Shown in pieces: positions 46,673 to 55,953 of a stretch of DNA of 64,000 nucleotides (positions are counted from its first letter, which is position 1; each line of letters starts with the position of its first letter). Source of the DNA: a virus (lineage: Duplodnaviria; Caudoviricetes); IMG/VR virus record IMGVR_UViG_3300037454_001182, positions 15,204 to 79,203 of that record; one strand, written 5' to 3'. The notes under the pieces are model-generated. The model had not been told where the DNA came from. It ran no database searches and was given only the letters and a program-made list of their open reading frames with translations. The translations under genes were made by a program, and so were the position numbers.

Positions 46673-47065
46673 TTATTGTTCATTCATTCTTGCTTGCCCA
46701 TACTCTCTACTCCATTGCTTTGTGACTTTCTCGCGGTCAATTCCAGTGAGTGCCTGGCTGAAACGCTCAGTGATGAAAGCACCGTAAAGAATGGTATTCT
46801 TATTCAACTTCATGCCGTTAGGGCAAAGACCGTTGGCATATCTACCATATTGCATATAGATGTTACGGTCAGCAGATGGAATGTAGTTTACTCTCTGACC
46901 ATCCTTTTTCATTGCCACTTCCCAATGGGAGCCGGTATAGGTCTTACTGCTCATCCAGTTATCTTGCGTATAACTGTCAGATTCAGATACGAGCCTTGCG
47001 ACAATCTCATAATGTCCGCAATCGCTCTGCAAGTAGATGTACCTTGTTTTGATATTCGATTTCAT
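46673..47065 (-). CDS. Hypothetical protein
   Basis: 130 aa, AGAGCA-ATG start with a 17-nt match to sRNA-2. Confidence 0.7.
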   Translation of the reverse strand: MKSNIKTRYIYLQSDCGHYEIVARLVSESDSYTQDNWMSSKTYTGSHWEVAMKKDGQRVNYIPSADRNIYMQYGRYANGLCPNGMKLNKNTILYGAFITERFSQALTGIDREKVTKQWSREYGQARMNEQ

Positions 47066-47086
47066 TGCTCTTATAGTTTGAATTTC

Positions 47087-47166
47087 TATACTGCAAAGAT
47101 AGCGATTTTTTCTGAATTATCAAAACGGAATGACTATTATTTTTGCCTTGCCAACTCTTTTTAACT
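47087..47166 (-). promoter_or_regulatory. Repeated promoter element, copy 7
   Basis: Nearly identical to copy 5. Confidence 0.8.
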
Positions 47167-47753
47167 CAATACTTTTTGCCGTGCCTCAAAGGTCTGGTTT
47201 CATTGTACTTCATCTTGGCCTCGATGTGAAAATCAAGGTCAATGCCTAACTGCTTTGCCCACTCATAGACGAACTCAATGGATTCAGACAGGTTGGCCAT
47301 TCCAGAGTTGAGGACACCACGAACAAGGTAGTCGGCTGCTTCAGTGAATGACCATCTTTCAAACACTCGCACCCTGTATGTTTCCCAGTGCATTTCCTCA
47401 CCGAACTTCTCATAGGCGAAATCCAGAATACGGATGAAGATGTCGGCAAACTCTTCATCCACGCTACCCTTGATGTACTCATTGAAATAGACCGAGTACC
47501 AATTTTGATACCACTGTTCCGTTAGCCCTATCTCACCCTCTTTCTGTATTCTCAACGTCTCTTTCATTGCTTGGGTGTTGGCACGTTGGTTTTTCCTGTC
47601 AGCCTCAACAGCTTCAGCGACCTCGGTCATTATCATGCACAGCCAATGGCTATCAGATTTCTTTTCGTCATGCCATCCGTGGGCACAGGCATTCTTGTGT
47701 ATCTGTCTGGCCCACGTCTGTAACTTTTCTTGATTCAGTCTCATATCAATCAC
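47166..47753 (-). CDS. MazG-like nucleotide pyrophosphohydrolase
   Basis: MIMTEVAEAVEA...EEFADIFIRILD...KMKYNETRP..HGKKY. Confidence 0.8.
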   Translation of the reverse strand: MIDMRLNQEKLQTWARQIHKNACAHGWHDEKKSDSHWLCMIMTEVAEAVEADRKNQRANTQAMKETLRIQKEGEIGLTEQWYQNWYSVYFNEYIKGSVDEEFADIFIRILDFAYEKFGEEMHWETYRVRVFERWSFTEAADYLVRGVLNSGMANLSESIEFVYEWAKQLGIDLDFHIEAKMKYNETRPLRHGKKY

Positions 47754-47901
47754 GATTTATGTAACCGTCTCTGGTAATATCATTGCACGATTCCATCCAC
47801 CACCAGTTACCATCTGGCAGTTTCAGTCCATCCAGATAGCGGACGCAATGCTCTCTCAAAGCACACTGCTTACCTTTGCAGTAGGCGAAGTCGTTACTCA
47901 T
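47746..47901 (-). CDS. Small Cys-rich protein (51 aa, absent from the ORF track)
   Basis: Manual translation MSNDFAYCKGKQCALREHCVRY... Confidence 0.55.
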   Translation of the reverse strand: MSNDFAYCKGKQCALREHCVRYLDGLKLPDGNWWWMESCNDITRDGYINRD

Positions 47902-47903
47902 GG

Positions 47904-48536
47904 CTATTCGCTTTTACGTTGGTACTTGGGCATAGGTATGTCTTTCTTGGACGAATTGACATACTGGTAAATCTGGTTGGATAGTTCGGAATCCAACAGC
48001 GACACATTATCCTTGACTGCATCATTCAGCCCGAACTCAAAGAAGTTGGTCTTGGTGATTCCACTTGTGCCGTACTTCTTTCGCACCTCACTCATTCCAG
48101 AGAGTTTGCCAGTCTTGGCGTACAACAGAATCAACTCGCTCAGATAGCATCTGAACTTGTCTTGCTTCAACTCCTTGGTGGTCATAATGTGTCTGCCTCC
48201 GGCCTGTGATTTCAGCACGTCCAGAGCAAACTCCAATGCCTCGATGAAAGTCTCCATTTCAGCATCACCACCGAACATTAGTTCAATCTGTTGCAGATAA
48301 TCCTCGCTGACTTTGTTACGGCCTTGGATGCGGCACGACATATCAGTACTGGAAACATTGGCTATCTTGAAGTAGGTACGGCCACCGTGACCTGTATCAC
48401 CTCCGCAATATCCAGTTGTTCCTACCTCGACTTCAATAACATTGCAGTCGATAATCTCTTTTTTGAAGGTCTCGACCTGTGAGCCGTTGACCATCACTTG
48501 ACCTCTTACGGCCTCTTCGTTTGGGTTGTCAATCAT
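47904..48536 (-). CDS. Hypothetical protein, paralogue of 42014-42463
   Basis: Shared N-terminal domain motif. Confidence 0.7.
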   Translation of the reverse strand: MIDNPNEEAVRGQVMVNGSQVETFKKEIIDCNVIEVEVGTTGYCGGDTGHGGRTYFKIANVSSTDMSCRIQGRNKVSEDYLQQIELMFGGDAEMETFIEALEFALDVLKSQAGGRHIMTTKELKQDKFRCYLSELILLYAKTGKLSGMSEVRKKYGTSGITKTNFFEFGLNDAVKDNVSLLDSELSNQIYQYVNSSKKDIPMPKYQRKSE

Positions 48537-48704
48537 AACGGTAATTTTTAGGGGTTTATATCTATTGTTAGTTCCGTACTGAGTGCTGCGGCAATCTCAT
48601 CATGAGCGGTGCCGACATTCATTCTCTCCAGTTCGTCTTTTGCCCTTTGCAGGTGGGCGAACATCTGAACGATTTTATCTCTTTCCTGTATGGTTGCTTT
48701 CATA

Positions 48705-49457
48705 CTACACGAACAAATTAGGTTGTGACAGTTTGATGAAATCTTTTGCGGCCTTATAGAAGTCCTTTTTTATCTCGAATCCGTATGCCCTGCGATTCAT
48801 GTTGGCTGCGGCCAGAAGTGTTGAGCCACTACCTGCGCATGGGTCTATTACCACTTCATCCTTATCTGTGAACAACTCAATGAGCCTTTCCAACAGTGCT
48901 ATTGGTTTCTGGGTAGGATGGATTTTCGGGTATCGCGTCTCTCTGGGGAACTCCATGCAGTTGAACACCATCGAGCCGTTATTGTTGAACTTTGGCAGCT
49001 TATCGCGGTAGAGTATCAGTCCATACTCACAGTTACCTACGACCCTCATATTGGCTTTCAGCACCTGTGCGCTGAAGTTCTTACGGAACACCAAAGGAAT
49101 GTAGTTCTTTAGTCCGTACCTCTGGCCCAACTCTATATAGTAGTGCAACTGCTCAAAGGCACAGAAGAGAATCATGCACGGTGCCTTGCCTGTTTCCTTT
49201 GGCTCCTTGACTAACATCTGACTGCAAAAGTGCATAAACTCCGCTGGCTTGAAGTTGATGTCAGTATCAAAAAACTCTTTCCCTGCAAGTTCGCTCTCAC
49301 CATTCTTGTTATCACCTCCGACATACCAGGATGGATTACTGGCGTAGGCGTTCTTACCCAAGTTATAGGGTGGGTCAGCGATTATCAACTGCGCCTTTGG
49401 CAACTGATAGACCTTGAAGTTCTGGAAGTGGTCATTATATAACTCTACTCTTTCCAT
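48705..49457 (-). CDS. Amino (N6-A/N4-C) DNA methyltransferase, beta class
   Basis: IADPPY before HPTQKP and IDPCAGSGST. Confidence 0.9.
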   Translation of the reverse strand: MERVELYNDHFQNFKVYQLPKAQLIIADPPYNLGKNAYASNPSWYVGGDNKNGESELAGKEFFDTDINFKPAEFMHFCSQMLVKEPKETGKAPCMILFCAFEQLHYYIELGQRYGLKNYIPLVFRKNFSAQVLKANMRVVGNCEYGLILYRDKLPKFNNNGSMVFNCMEFPRETRYPKIHPTQKPIALLERLIELFTDKDEVVIDPCAGSGSTLLAAANMNRRAYGFEIKKDFYKAAKDFIKLSQPNLFV

Positions 49458-49462
49458 ACGCC

Positions 49463-50290
49463 TTAATCAAACAGGGTTTTATCCATGTCGTAATTGAATA
49501 CCAGTACCTCAGTCTTTTTTCTGGCATGGCCTTTGAAGTTGGCTACTTTCATGGCCATTGTGATAGCCTTGAAGTTCCAACCGTTCTTTGCTATATGCTC
49601 CATGAGGGTGTCACTCATGAACTGGCTCAAAAGGAATTTGCCTTTGATGGTGGCCAACCTTGTGAGTAGTTCCTCCAGATTCTCAAAGGTGAATCCACGG
49701 TAATGCTTTTGCACACAACCGGGATATGGTGGGTCAAGATAGAAAAACGTCTCTGGGGTGTCTCGCTGCTCGATGCACAGAAGCGCATCACGGCAACTTA
49801 TTTGGGTGTCTTTGATTCTCTCATGCAGTGCCTCGGTAAAGTTCTCTCTGGAATGTCTCATCACCCTGCCAGTGTGCGACCCTGCGGAACCATTACACCA
49901 CTTCCAACCGCCATCAGGCGAACCACTGAAAGAAAAGTTGGTCAGCATCCAGACAGCCCACGCCCTTTCAAGTGGTGTGGATTCCTGGCCCTGCCATATT
50001 GCCCTCGCCCTCTTCCATTCTGATTCACAGCAGAGGGTGTGCTGCACCTTGTCAAACAGCGCGTCAAAATTGTTCTGGAGTTGCAGGTAGAACGTCACCA
50101 GATTATCGTTGATGTCATTGATGGCTTCCAGATATGACGGACGCTTGGCAAAGAACACGGCACCGCCACCGAAATAAGGCTCACAATATATCCTGTGAGA
50201 CGGTATCATCGGCAATATGGTTTTGACAAGTTGCTGCTTGCCGCCATAGTAGGTGATGGGTGTCTTTACTCGTTTCTTTTGATTATCCAT
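49463..50290 (-). CDS. Dam-family (alpha class) adenine methyltransferase
   Basis: YYGGKQ, EPYFGGGAV, YLDPPY. Confidence 0.9.
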   Translation of the reverse strand: MDNQKKRVKTPITYYGGKQQLVKTILPMIPSHRIYCEPYFGGGAVFFAKRPSYLEAINDINDNLVTFYLQLQNNFDALFDKVQHTLCCESEWKRARAIWQGQESTPLERAWAVWMLTNFSFSGSPDGGWKWCNGSAGSHTGRVMRHSRENFTEALHERIKDTQISCRDALLCIEQRDTPETFFYLDPPYPGCVQKHYRGFTFENLEELLTRLATIKGKFLLSQFMSDTLMEHIAKNGWNFKAITMAMKVANFKGHARKKTEVLVFNYDMDKTLFD

Positions 50291-50295
50291 TGCTC

Positions 50296-51105
50296 TTATT
50301 TATCGTATTTGTCTATGTACTCTTTCATTTCCATGCCGTACTTTTTCTTGAACAGTTTGCCAAACTGCGCCTTGGTGTTATCATCGGCCATCGGGTCATT
50401 GAGTAGGGATTTGGCAAGCCTCACTATGTCTGCCGGATTCTCCTTTGGCTGAGGCTTCGGCTTTCTCTTTAGTTTGCCAATAGGTTGCTCCCACGGCTTG
50501 GGTCGAATCTCGCCATACTCTCTCATGCAGTAATCTTCCCACGTCTCTTTTGGCCTCTTGGCCTCTTCCTCTCTCTGGCGTTCCCTCTCTTCCTGTTCGT
50601 GCTTGTCATAGGCTGCTGACCTCTCTTTGAGGAAATCACGCAAAGAGGTAGTGATAACAAGAGGGTCAACAGAACCGTAGAATCTTCCATATCTACCAGA
50701 CTTGAACCGATGGAAGAATAGCATCAATTCAGTAACAGACAAATAACTGAACTCTGTGGCTATCACGATGGCACATTCTTTGAGTTGGTTGTCTGTCAGT
50801 TTGTCACGGCATCCGCAAAACTCTGACAGGTTATAGAGTTGAGGCACAAGCCACATGGCCGCTGTCTGCTCTCCGTAGGTTGTATTCAGCAATCCGAGTG
50901 TAGGCGCACCACCGAAGAAACATATATCAGTATGGGCGCATACTTTAAGCTGCAAGTCTGGATTGAAGGTAACGAGAAAGTTTTCACGCGCACCGTAGGC
51001 TTGCACTATCTCATTACTCTTCTGCCGCAAGGCTGGCAATAACACTTGCTGCTCCTTGCGCTCTTTCGGCTGCTGTTGTAGAAGTTCGACTATTGACGTT
51101 ATCAT
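50296..51105 (-). CDS. Replication-associated protein (DUF6633-like, possible helicase loader)
   Basis: LSVTELMLFFHRFKSGRYGRFYGSVDP motif; follows the initiator; AGAGCA-ATG at 51105 overlaps the initiator's 3' end. Confidence 0.7.
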   Translation of the reverse strand: MITSIVELLQQQPKERKEQQVLLPALRQKSNEIVQAYGARENFLVTFNPDLQLKVCAHTDICFFGGAPTLGLLNTTYGEQTAAMWLVPQLYNLSEFCGCRDKLTDNQLKECAIVIATEFSYLSVTELMLFFHRFKSGRYGRFYGSVDPLVITTSLRDFLKERSAAYDKHEQEERERQREEEAKRPKETWEDYCMREYGEIRPKPWEQPIGKLKRKPKPQPKENPADIVRLAKSLLNDPMADDNTKAQFGKLFKKKYGMEMKEYIDKYDK

Positions 51106-51724
51106 TGCTCTTACCTTTATATGATTTATCATTATTGGCCCATCTTTGTAACCTCTTTTCGAGTACCCAGGTAGGCTCTTGCTCCCATTTCATTTTACTG
51201 CCGGACTTGTTTGTTTCCGACCAGTAATCATAGAACGCCCTCACCATTTCCTTGCCGTATGTCTGAACGTATGGAACCAGAGACTTATAGAACTCTTTCA
51301 TCCGCTTCTCAGTTTCGGCCTTTATCTCTTCTTTGGTTTTCTTGGGCTTGGATTGTTCTGGGGTGTTGTTTGCTTGTGCGTTGTCTGTTGGTTGACTGTC
51401 ATTGTCTGAGGTGTCGCACTGATATTCCTCATACTTACAGACGGTTATGATGGTAAACTTGTTTGTTGAATACCGTTCTATCTCACCTGTCTCTTCCAGT
51501 CTGGCTAAACAAGTTCTGAGGGTCTGGACTGAAAGCCCTGTCTTAATTCGGAGAGATTCATAACTCGTAACCAACTGCCCCCTGTTGACTGGTGTGTTAT
51601 GCCACCTCTTGTTAGACACAGACGCATTCAGCAACAAATGTAGAAACAGATGCACCATTTCCGATTTGTCGTACCATTCCCAATCAAGGAACTTCCGATG
51701 TATCTTAATCCAACCGTCTGACAT
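51014..51724 (-). CDS. Phage replication initiator (lambda O-like replisome organiser)
   Basis: GWIKIHRK..DWEWY, RGQLVTS, wHTH, TIITVCKYEEYQ. Confidence 0.85.
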   Translation of the reverse strand: MSDGWIKIHRKFLDWEWYDKSEMVHLFLHLLLNASVSNKRWHNTPVNRGQLVTSYESLRIKTGLSVQTLRTCLARLEETGEIERYSTNKFTIITVCKYEEYQCDTSDNDSQPTDNAQANNTPEQSKPKKTKEEIKAETEKRMKEFYKSLVPYVQTYGKEMVRAFYDYWSETNKSGSKMKWEQEPTWVLEKRLQRWANNDKSYKGKSNDNVNSRTSTTAAERAQGAASVIASLAAEE

Positions 51725-51847
51725 ATTGGTCAAAAGTTACCCCTATCTTTCTTGCATCGCTGCTAATGCAGGTGGAACAGATGCAATACTCAATAGGGGT
51801 TAATATCGTTGTCTGAAAGTTCCACGTTTCAGATTCGTTTCTGGCAG

Positions 51848-51880
51848 CAAAGTTAATCAAAATTATTTGAATAACAAATA
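51848..51880 (-). promoter_or_regulatory. Promoter upstream of the initiator with operator copy 5 (51864-51880)
   Basis: TTTG-N19-TAACTTTG with the exact 17-bp palindrome. Confidence 0.75.
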
Positions 51881-51914
51881 GAATTAACGTAAAAGTTGCC
51901 ATAATAAACTCTTT

Positions 51915-52406
51915 TTATAGATTTATCCTAATTCCTTTGAGGGTACTTAACTTTTTCGCCTCTCTGGTGTAGTGTTCAATCATCTGCTCTAACTCGTAAT
52001 CAAGAAAGTGCTTCGATGAATGAGCCTTGACGTTAAGCCAGTCCACTTTCTGCTGACCAATCTTCTTAACCAGATTCTTCTCGTACTGGATGAGGTGGTC
52101 GGCACTCATGCGGTTGCAGTAGTGACATTCGCCGTGGCAATTATCCTCATCAAACCTCGTAGCCATGTGCATACGACCGTGGAAATGTCCGCAATCAATC
52201 TCGGCAAATGGCTTGATGCGTCCACATGAGATACACCTGCAATAACCGCTCGGCATGGTGTCTCTCAGTCTGATATACAGGGCAAACACCTTATCCAGTT
52301 TCTTCACCAGATTGGGTTTGCGTTTCTTCTTTACCTGTGGGAAGAGGTCTAAAGCCTCATCCTTGGCCTTTTTCTTCTTTGGTTGTTTCTTCCAGTATGG
52401 CAGCAT
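51915..52406 (-). CDS. ninG: NinG/Rap-like recombination endonuclease
   Basis: LDKVFALYIRLRD, CISCG, DCGHF, RFDEDNCHGECHYCN. Confidence 0.85.
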   Translation of the reverse strand: MLPYWKKQPKKKKAKDEALDLFPQVKKKRKPNLVKKLDKVFALYIRLRDTMPSGYCRCISCGRIKPFAEIDCGHFHGRMHMATRFDEDNCHGECHYCNRMSADHLIQYEKNLVKKIGQQKVDWLNVKAHSSKHFLDYELEQMIEHYTREAKKLSTLKGIRINL

Positions 52407-52407
52407 A

Positions 52408-53222
52408 TCACTTCAATTTTGATACCTTAAACTTGTCTGATAGTTCACTCACTTTGTCGGCCATCTTCTGGTTCTCGATGGCGTTCAACTCTTCATTATA
52501 CTTTTCCTCAATGACAGGGTTTAGATGGATGGCCTTTTCTGCCTGTCTATCCATGAGGTCATCGTCTCGGATGGTGGCTAACATCTTATTCCACGCGAAC
52601 TGTACCATGTTGCTTTTGAAAACGTCATAGCCAGTAACCAGATGCAGGTATGAGCAAAGTTGAATGAATGTGGCGTTGAACTCTTCCATATTGGCATACA
52701 TGAAATCATTGGAGAAATCTATGCCACACTCTTTCTTGACATCTTCAAAGAATGTCTTATAACTGTGGGTACATATCTTCAGCATCTGGATTGAGGTTTC
52801 TGCCTCGGCTACAAACTGCGTGTCTCTCACTCCCTTGGTGATGAGGTGGTCGCGTACTGCATTGATTACCCCCCCACATAGGGACGGACTACATCGGTAG
52901 TCAGCATGAAGTTATCTTGCAACAGGTAATAGACGTGTTCCTCTGTGTTCTTGCGTATAGTGAACAGGTAATCATGCCAAATCTTATCCAGTTTCTTGTA
53001 TAGGAGTTTGGCCTTGAACTTTATCAGCCCTCGTTTCTCCATTTCGTCAAACACACGGATGCAGGTGTCATAGGCATAGTTATTGACCCTGTGAATGACA
53101 ATGAACTGCGTCCTGGCTACATCATACATGGTCTCTATCTCATCCAGACGTACTTTCTCCTTGTCTGTGAGTTTCCGTTTGAGCATCTTTTCATAGACTG
53201 CTATTCTCTCTGCCTGTTCCAT
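52408..53222 (-). pseudogene. Single ~270-aa gene split by a frameshift at a G7 tract
   Basis: ORF 52866-53222 stops right after GTG GGG GGG; a -1 shift gives VGGVINAVRDHLITKGVRDTQ, joining ORF 52408-52830. Confidence 0.6.
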
Positions 53223-53223
53223 A

Positions 53224-53538
53224 CTACTTGAAAATTACTGGTTCAGATACTCCCTCGAATTTGACAGGAATACCGCAAGCCATAGCAACGAGAAATTCAG
53301 TCTGACACCCTGCGCTGTGATTCCAACGCTCCATCATGTAGATGCAGTCACAGTCCAACAATGCCTTGATGTCGGTTTTCATGTGCGCACTGGTAGGCGC
53401 ATTCTCTGGAAGTCCATTCTCCAGAGGGTTGAACACATCATGACCTGCCTTTTCCAGAACTGCCTTAGTCTTGGCAAAACAGGATCTGCGCTCGTTTATG
53501 TCGTGGCCACTGATTGGCCCAGAAATATACACTTTCAT
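53224..53538 (-). CDS. DUF4406 / nucleoside deoxyribosyltransferase-like protein
   Basis: KVYISGPISG...FNP...DCDCIYMMERWNHSAGCQTE. Confidence 0.82.
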   Translation of the reverse strand: MKVYISGPISGHDINERRSCFAKTKAVLEKAGHDVFNPLENGLPENAPTSAHMKTDIKALLDCDCIYMMERWNHSAGCQTEFLVAMACGIPVKFEGVSEPVIFK

Positions 53539-53542
53539 ATCG

Positions 53543-54721
53543 TTAGTGGAATAGTACGTTTGTTAGTTGCTTTCCTCTGGAATAGACACACCATTTCTGG
53601 GTACTGCCGTATTCCATTCCAATCTTCAAGTCGGCCACGTTTCCGAACCGCTTATAACTGCCTCCCAAATCGACAATCCAACCATCCTTGCCCTTGAACG
53701 GACGGATGGCACGGCCTACCATCTGATAGTACAGTGCGAGTGACTTTGTGGGTCTGCCCAGGATAACGGTGTCAAGTTCTGGATAATCGAAGCCAGTAGT
53801 CAGAGTGCCGACATTGGCAACCACCTTTATTCTTCCGGCCTTGAAATCTTCCAGAATGGCCTCGCGTTCTTTCTTTGGTGTCTCTCCTGTCACGATGGAT
53901 GAATTGATGCCTACTGACTTCAACCTCCCTACAAGCGTATTAGCCTCATCAATGAATCTGGTGAACACCAACACCCCTTTTCTGGGAATGCCATTCTTCG
54001 GGTGCAATACCCGAACCGTAGTAGATGCCAACTGGTCTTTGAATCCCACTCGCTCATACTCCAACCTCAGTGACTTCTCATCATAGTCTGCGCCTGTTGT
54101 GTTCGGTGCAACTCGGCTCATGTCAAGTTTGGTGCAATCGAAGTACTGAAGGTTTGCGAGATACCCCTTTCCCAAAAGGTCGGAAATCTGACAGTAATAC
54201 AGGACATCGGAGAAAATGCGCGGTCTCGTTCTGGTGAGGAACTTCAAAGTTGAGCCGCCTTGGTATGAGCAAAGTCTGTAAGGGGTTGCTGTCAGTCCGA
54301 CAACTCTTCTGTCTGCTGCTTCGAGGAATTTCTTGTATTGCCCGGCCTTGCTATTGACATAGTGGCACTCATCAATCATTACGTTTTTGAAGTGAGCAAA
54401 ATCTTCCATGTGATTCATCACACTGCCGATGGTGGCAAACGTGATTCTATTGATGTCCTTATAGCCAACAGAAGCGGAATAGATGGAGGCATCCCAACAG
54501 CCATACGATTGCAGCTTTGCGAAGTTCTGTTCCAGAATCTCTTTTGACGGTTGGAACACCAACAGAGGCCCATCCAACTTGCTTGCGATGTCTGCAATGA
54601 CAAGGCTCTTACCTGCACCTGTCGGCAGAATCAATAAACCGTTATTGGCTTTCTTATCTTGGAATGCCCTAACAGCCGCAATACTGGCGTTTCTTTGATA
54701 GTCTCGTAAGACGTATTTCAT
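53543..54721 (-). CDS. Superfamily II (DEAD/DEAH-like) helicase
   Basis: LRDYQ, PTGAGKS, DECH, GLTATP, QMVGRAIR; start moved to AGAGCA-ATG at 54721. Confidence 0.92.
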   Translation of the reverse strand: MKYVLRDYQRNASIAAVRAFQDKKANNGLLILPTGAGKSLVIADIASKLDGPLLVFQPSKEILEQNFAKLQSYGCWDASIYSASVGYKDINRITFATIGSVMNHMEDFAHFKNVMIDECHYVNSKAGQYKKFLEAADRRVVGLTATPYRLCSYQGGSTLKFLTRTRPRIFSDVLYYCQISDLLGKGYLANLQYFDCTKLDMSRVAPNTTGADYDEKSLRLEYERVGFKDQLASTTVRVLHPKNGIPRKGVLVFTRFIDEANTLVGRLKSVGINSSIVTGETPKKEREAILEDFKAGRIKVVANVGTLTTGFDYPELDTVILGRPTKSLALYYQMVGRAIRPFKGKDGWIVDLGGSYKRFGNVADLKIGMEYGSTQKWCVYSRGKQLTNVLFH

Positions 54722-54738
54722 TGCTCTTAGTGTGTGGT

Positions 54739-54811
54739 AAAAAAGGATGGCCGTGAGTGGGTTCAAAGTATGCCCATGTGGTTAATCAGTCTTAGCACCA
54801 CCCACGGCCAT
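54739..54811 (-). terminator. Branched stem-loop plus T-tract just upstream of the helicase start
   Basis: Minus strand ATGGCCGTG...CACGGCCAT-CC-TTTTTT with two inner hairpins. Confidence 0.5.
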
Positions 54812-54816
54812 GTTAC

Positions 54817-55506
54817 TTAATCCTCATCGTCTGGGTCGGCATCGTCTGGGTCTGAATCCTCATCACCCTCTTCACCGAATGGCAAATCATCACCATTAGT
54901 TTCCTCTTCTGCGGTGACAGGTTTCTTCACCTCTGGGAACTCGATACCGAACACTTCCATCATGGCTCTGCGGTTCCAATCCTCTTGCGACCACAGCGAG
55001 TTTTTATCCCAATCGGGAATCTTCTCTACCTTGGCAAGCTGCATCTTGCCATCGACCCATGAGAAGAACAGGAAGTGACCATTGAGCGCGATGCGGACGG
55101 TCTCAGTGGATGGCAGTTGGAAATCCGTTGTGCCTTTCTTTACCCTGGCCGCGAGGTCTGAGATTTCTAACAGGATGGAGTTGTAAGCCTCTTCCGCGTT
55201 TTTCTTCATGGCCTTGATGCGCTCCAAAGTCTCTTCCAGATACTTCTTACGCTCTGGGGCTTCATTCTCCTGTTTCAGACAGTACTCTTCACGAATCTCT
55301 TGGATTTCGTGGGCATCGTAGTTTCTGGTTGCCACTTCACCCTCTGGGAATAAGCAGTTGAACTTATCCTCAAAGACCTTGATGGCCTCCTTACTGGTCT
55401 TGGCACCCTTGCAGATTTCCAAGACATCTTTGAACATTTCTTTCTGCGCCTCTGTGAGAACGAAATCAATCGTCTCTGGGCGGTAGTTTAACAGATGTGC
55501 TAACAT
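54817..55506 (-). CDS. Hypothetical protein with acidic tail
   Basis: 229 aa. Confidence 0.7.
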   Translation of the reverse strand: MLAHLLNYRPETIDFVLTEAQKEMFKDVLEICKGAKTSKEAIKVFEDKFNCLFPEGEVATRNYDAHEIQEIREEYCLKQENEAPERKKYLEETLERIKAMKKNAEEAYNSILLEISDLAARVKKGTTDFQLPSTETVRIALNGHFLFFSWVDGKMQLAKVEKIPDWDKNSLWSQEDWNRRAMMEVFGIEFPEVKKPVTAEEETNGDDLPFGEEGDEDSDPDDADPDDED

Positions 55507-55527
55507 ACTTTTTGAAGTTGAATATGA

Positions 55528-55935
55528 TTAAAACTTGTTGGTGATTCTCTCCCAGAGGCTACGACCTTTGAGGCGTTCAATCTCGGCTTCGAGGTCAGAG
55601 ACTTTCGTCTTACTCTCTGCCAGTTCTTTGATGAGTTTCTCATTGGCCTTGCCAACCTCTTCATTGATGATGGCTTCCTCAAACTGTGGGCGCACCTTAT
55701 CCAGACCGACAACCTCCAGAACATGAGGATTGCCACCGAACAAACGGCCAAATGGTGATTCTACCATTACGGCAATCTTGCCCTCTTCTTTCAGTTGGCG
55801 GATTTCGTCTTGATGCTTCTTTTTGAGGGTTTCAATCTCTTCTTTGAGGACATCAGCCGACTTGGCTTTGTCTCTGATTGAATTGTAGTAACTCAAATCA
55901 ATCGTAACTCTTGATGTTGTTTTCTTTTCTGACAT
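55528..55935 (-). CDS. Coiled-coil hypothetical protein
   Basis: 135 aa. Confidence 0.65.
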   Translation of the reverse strand: MSEKKTTSRVTIDLSYYNSIRDKAKSADVLKEEIETLKKKHQDEIRQLKEEGKIAVMVESPFGRLFGGNPHVLEVVGLDKVRPQFEEAIINEEVGKANEKLIKELAESKTKVSDLEAEIERLKGRSLWERITNKF

Positions 55936-55953
55936 AATTTTATGAATTAGTGG

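Noticed and set aside
20791-47166. Repeats as a CRISPR array
   Set aside because: Copies are kilobases apart, contain promoter consensus boxes, have no regular spacers, and no cas genes are present.
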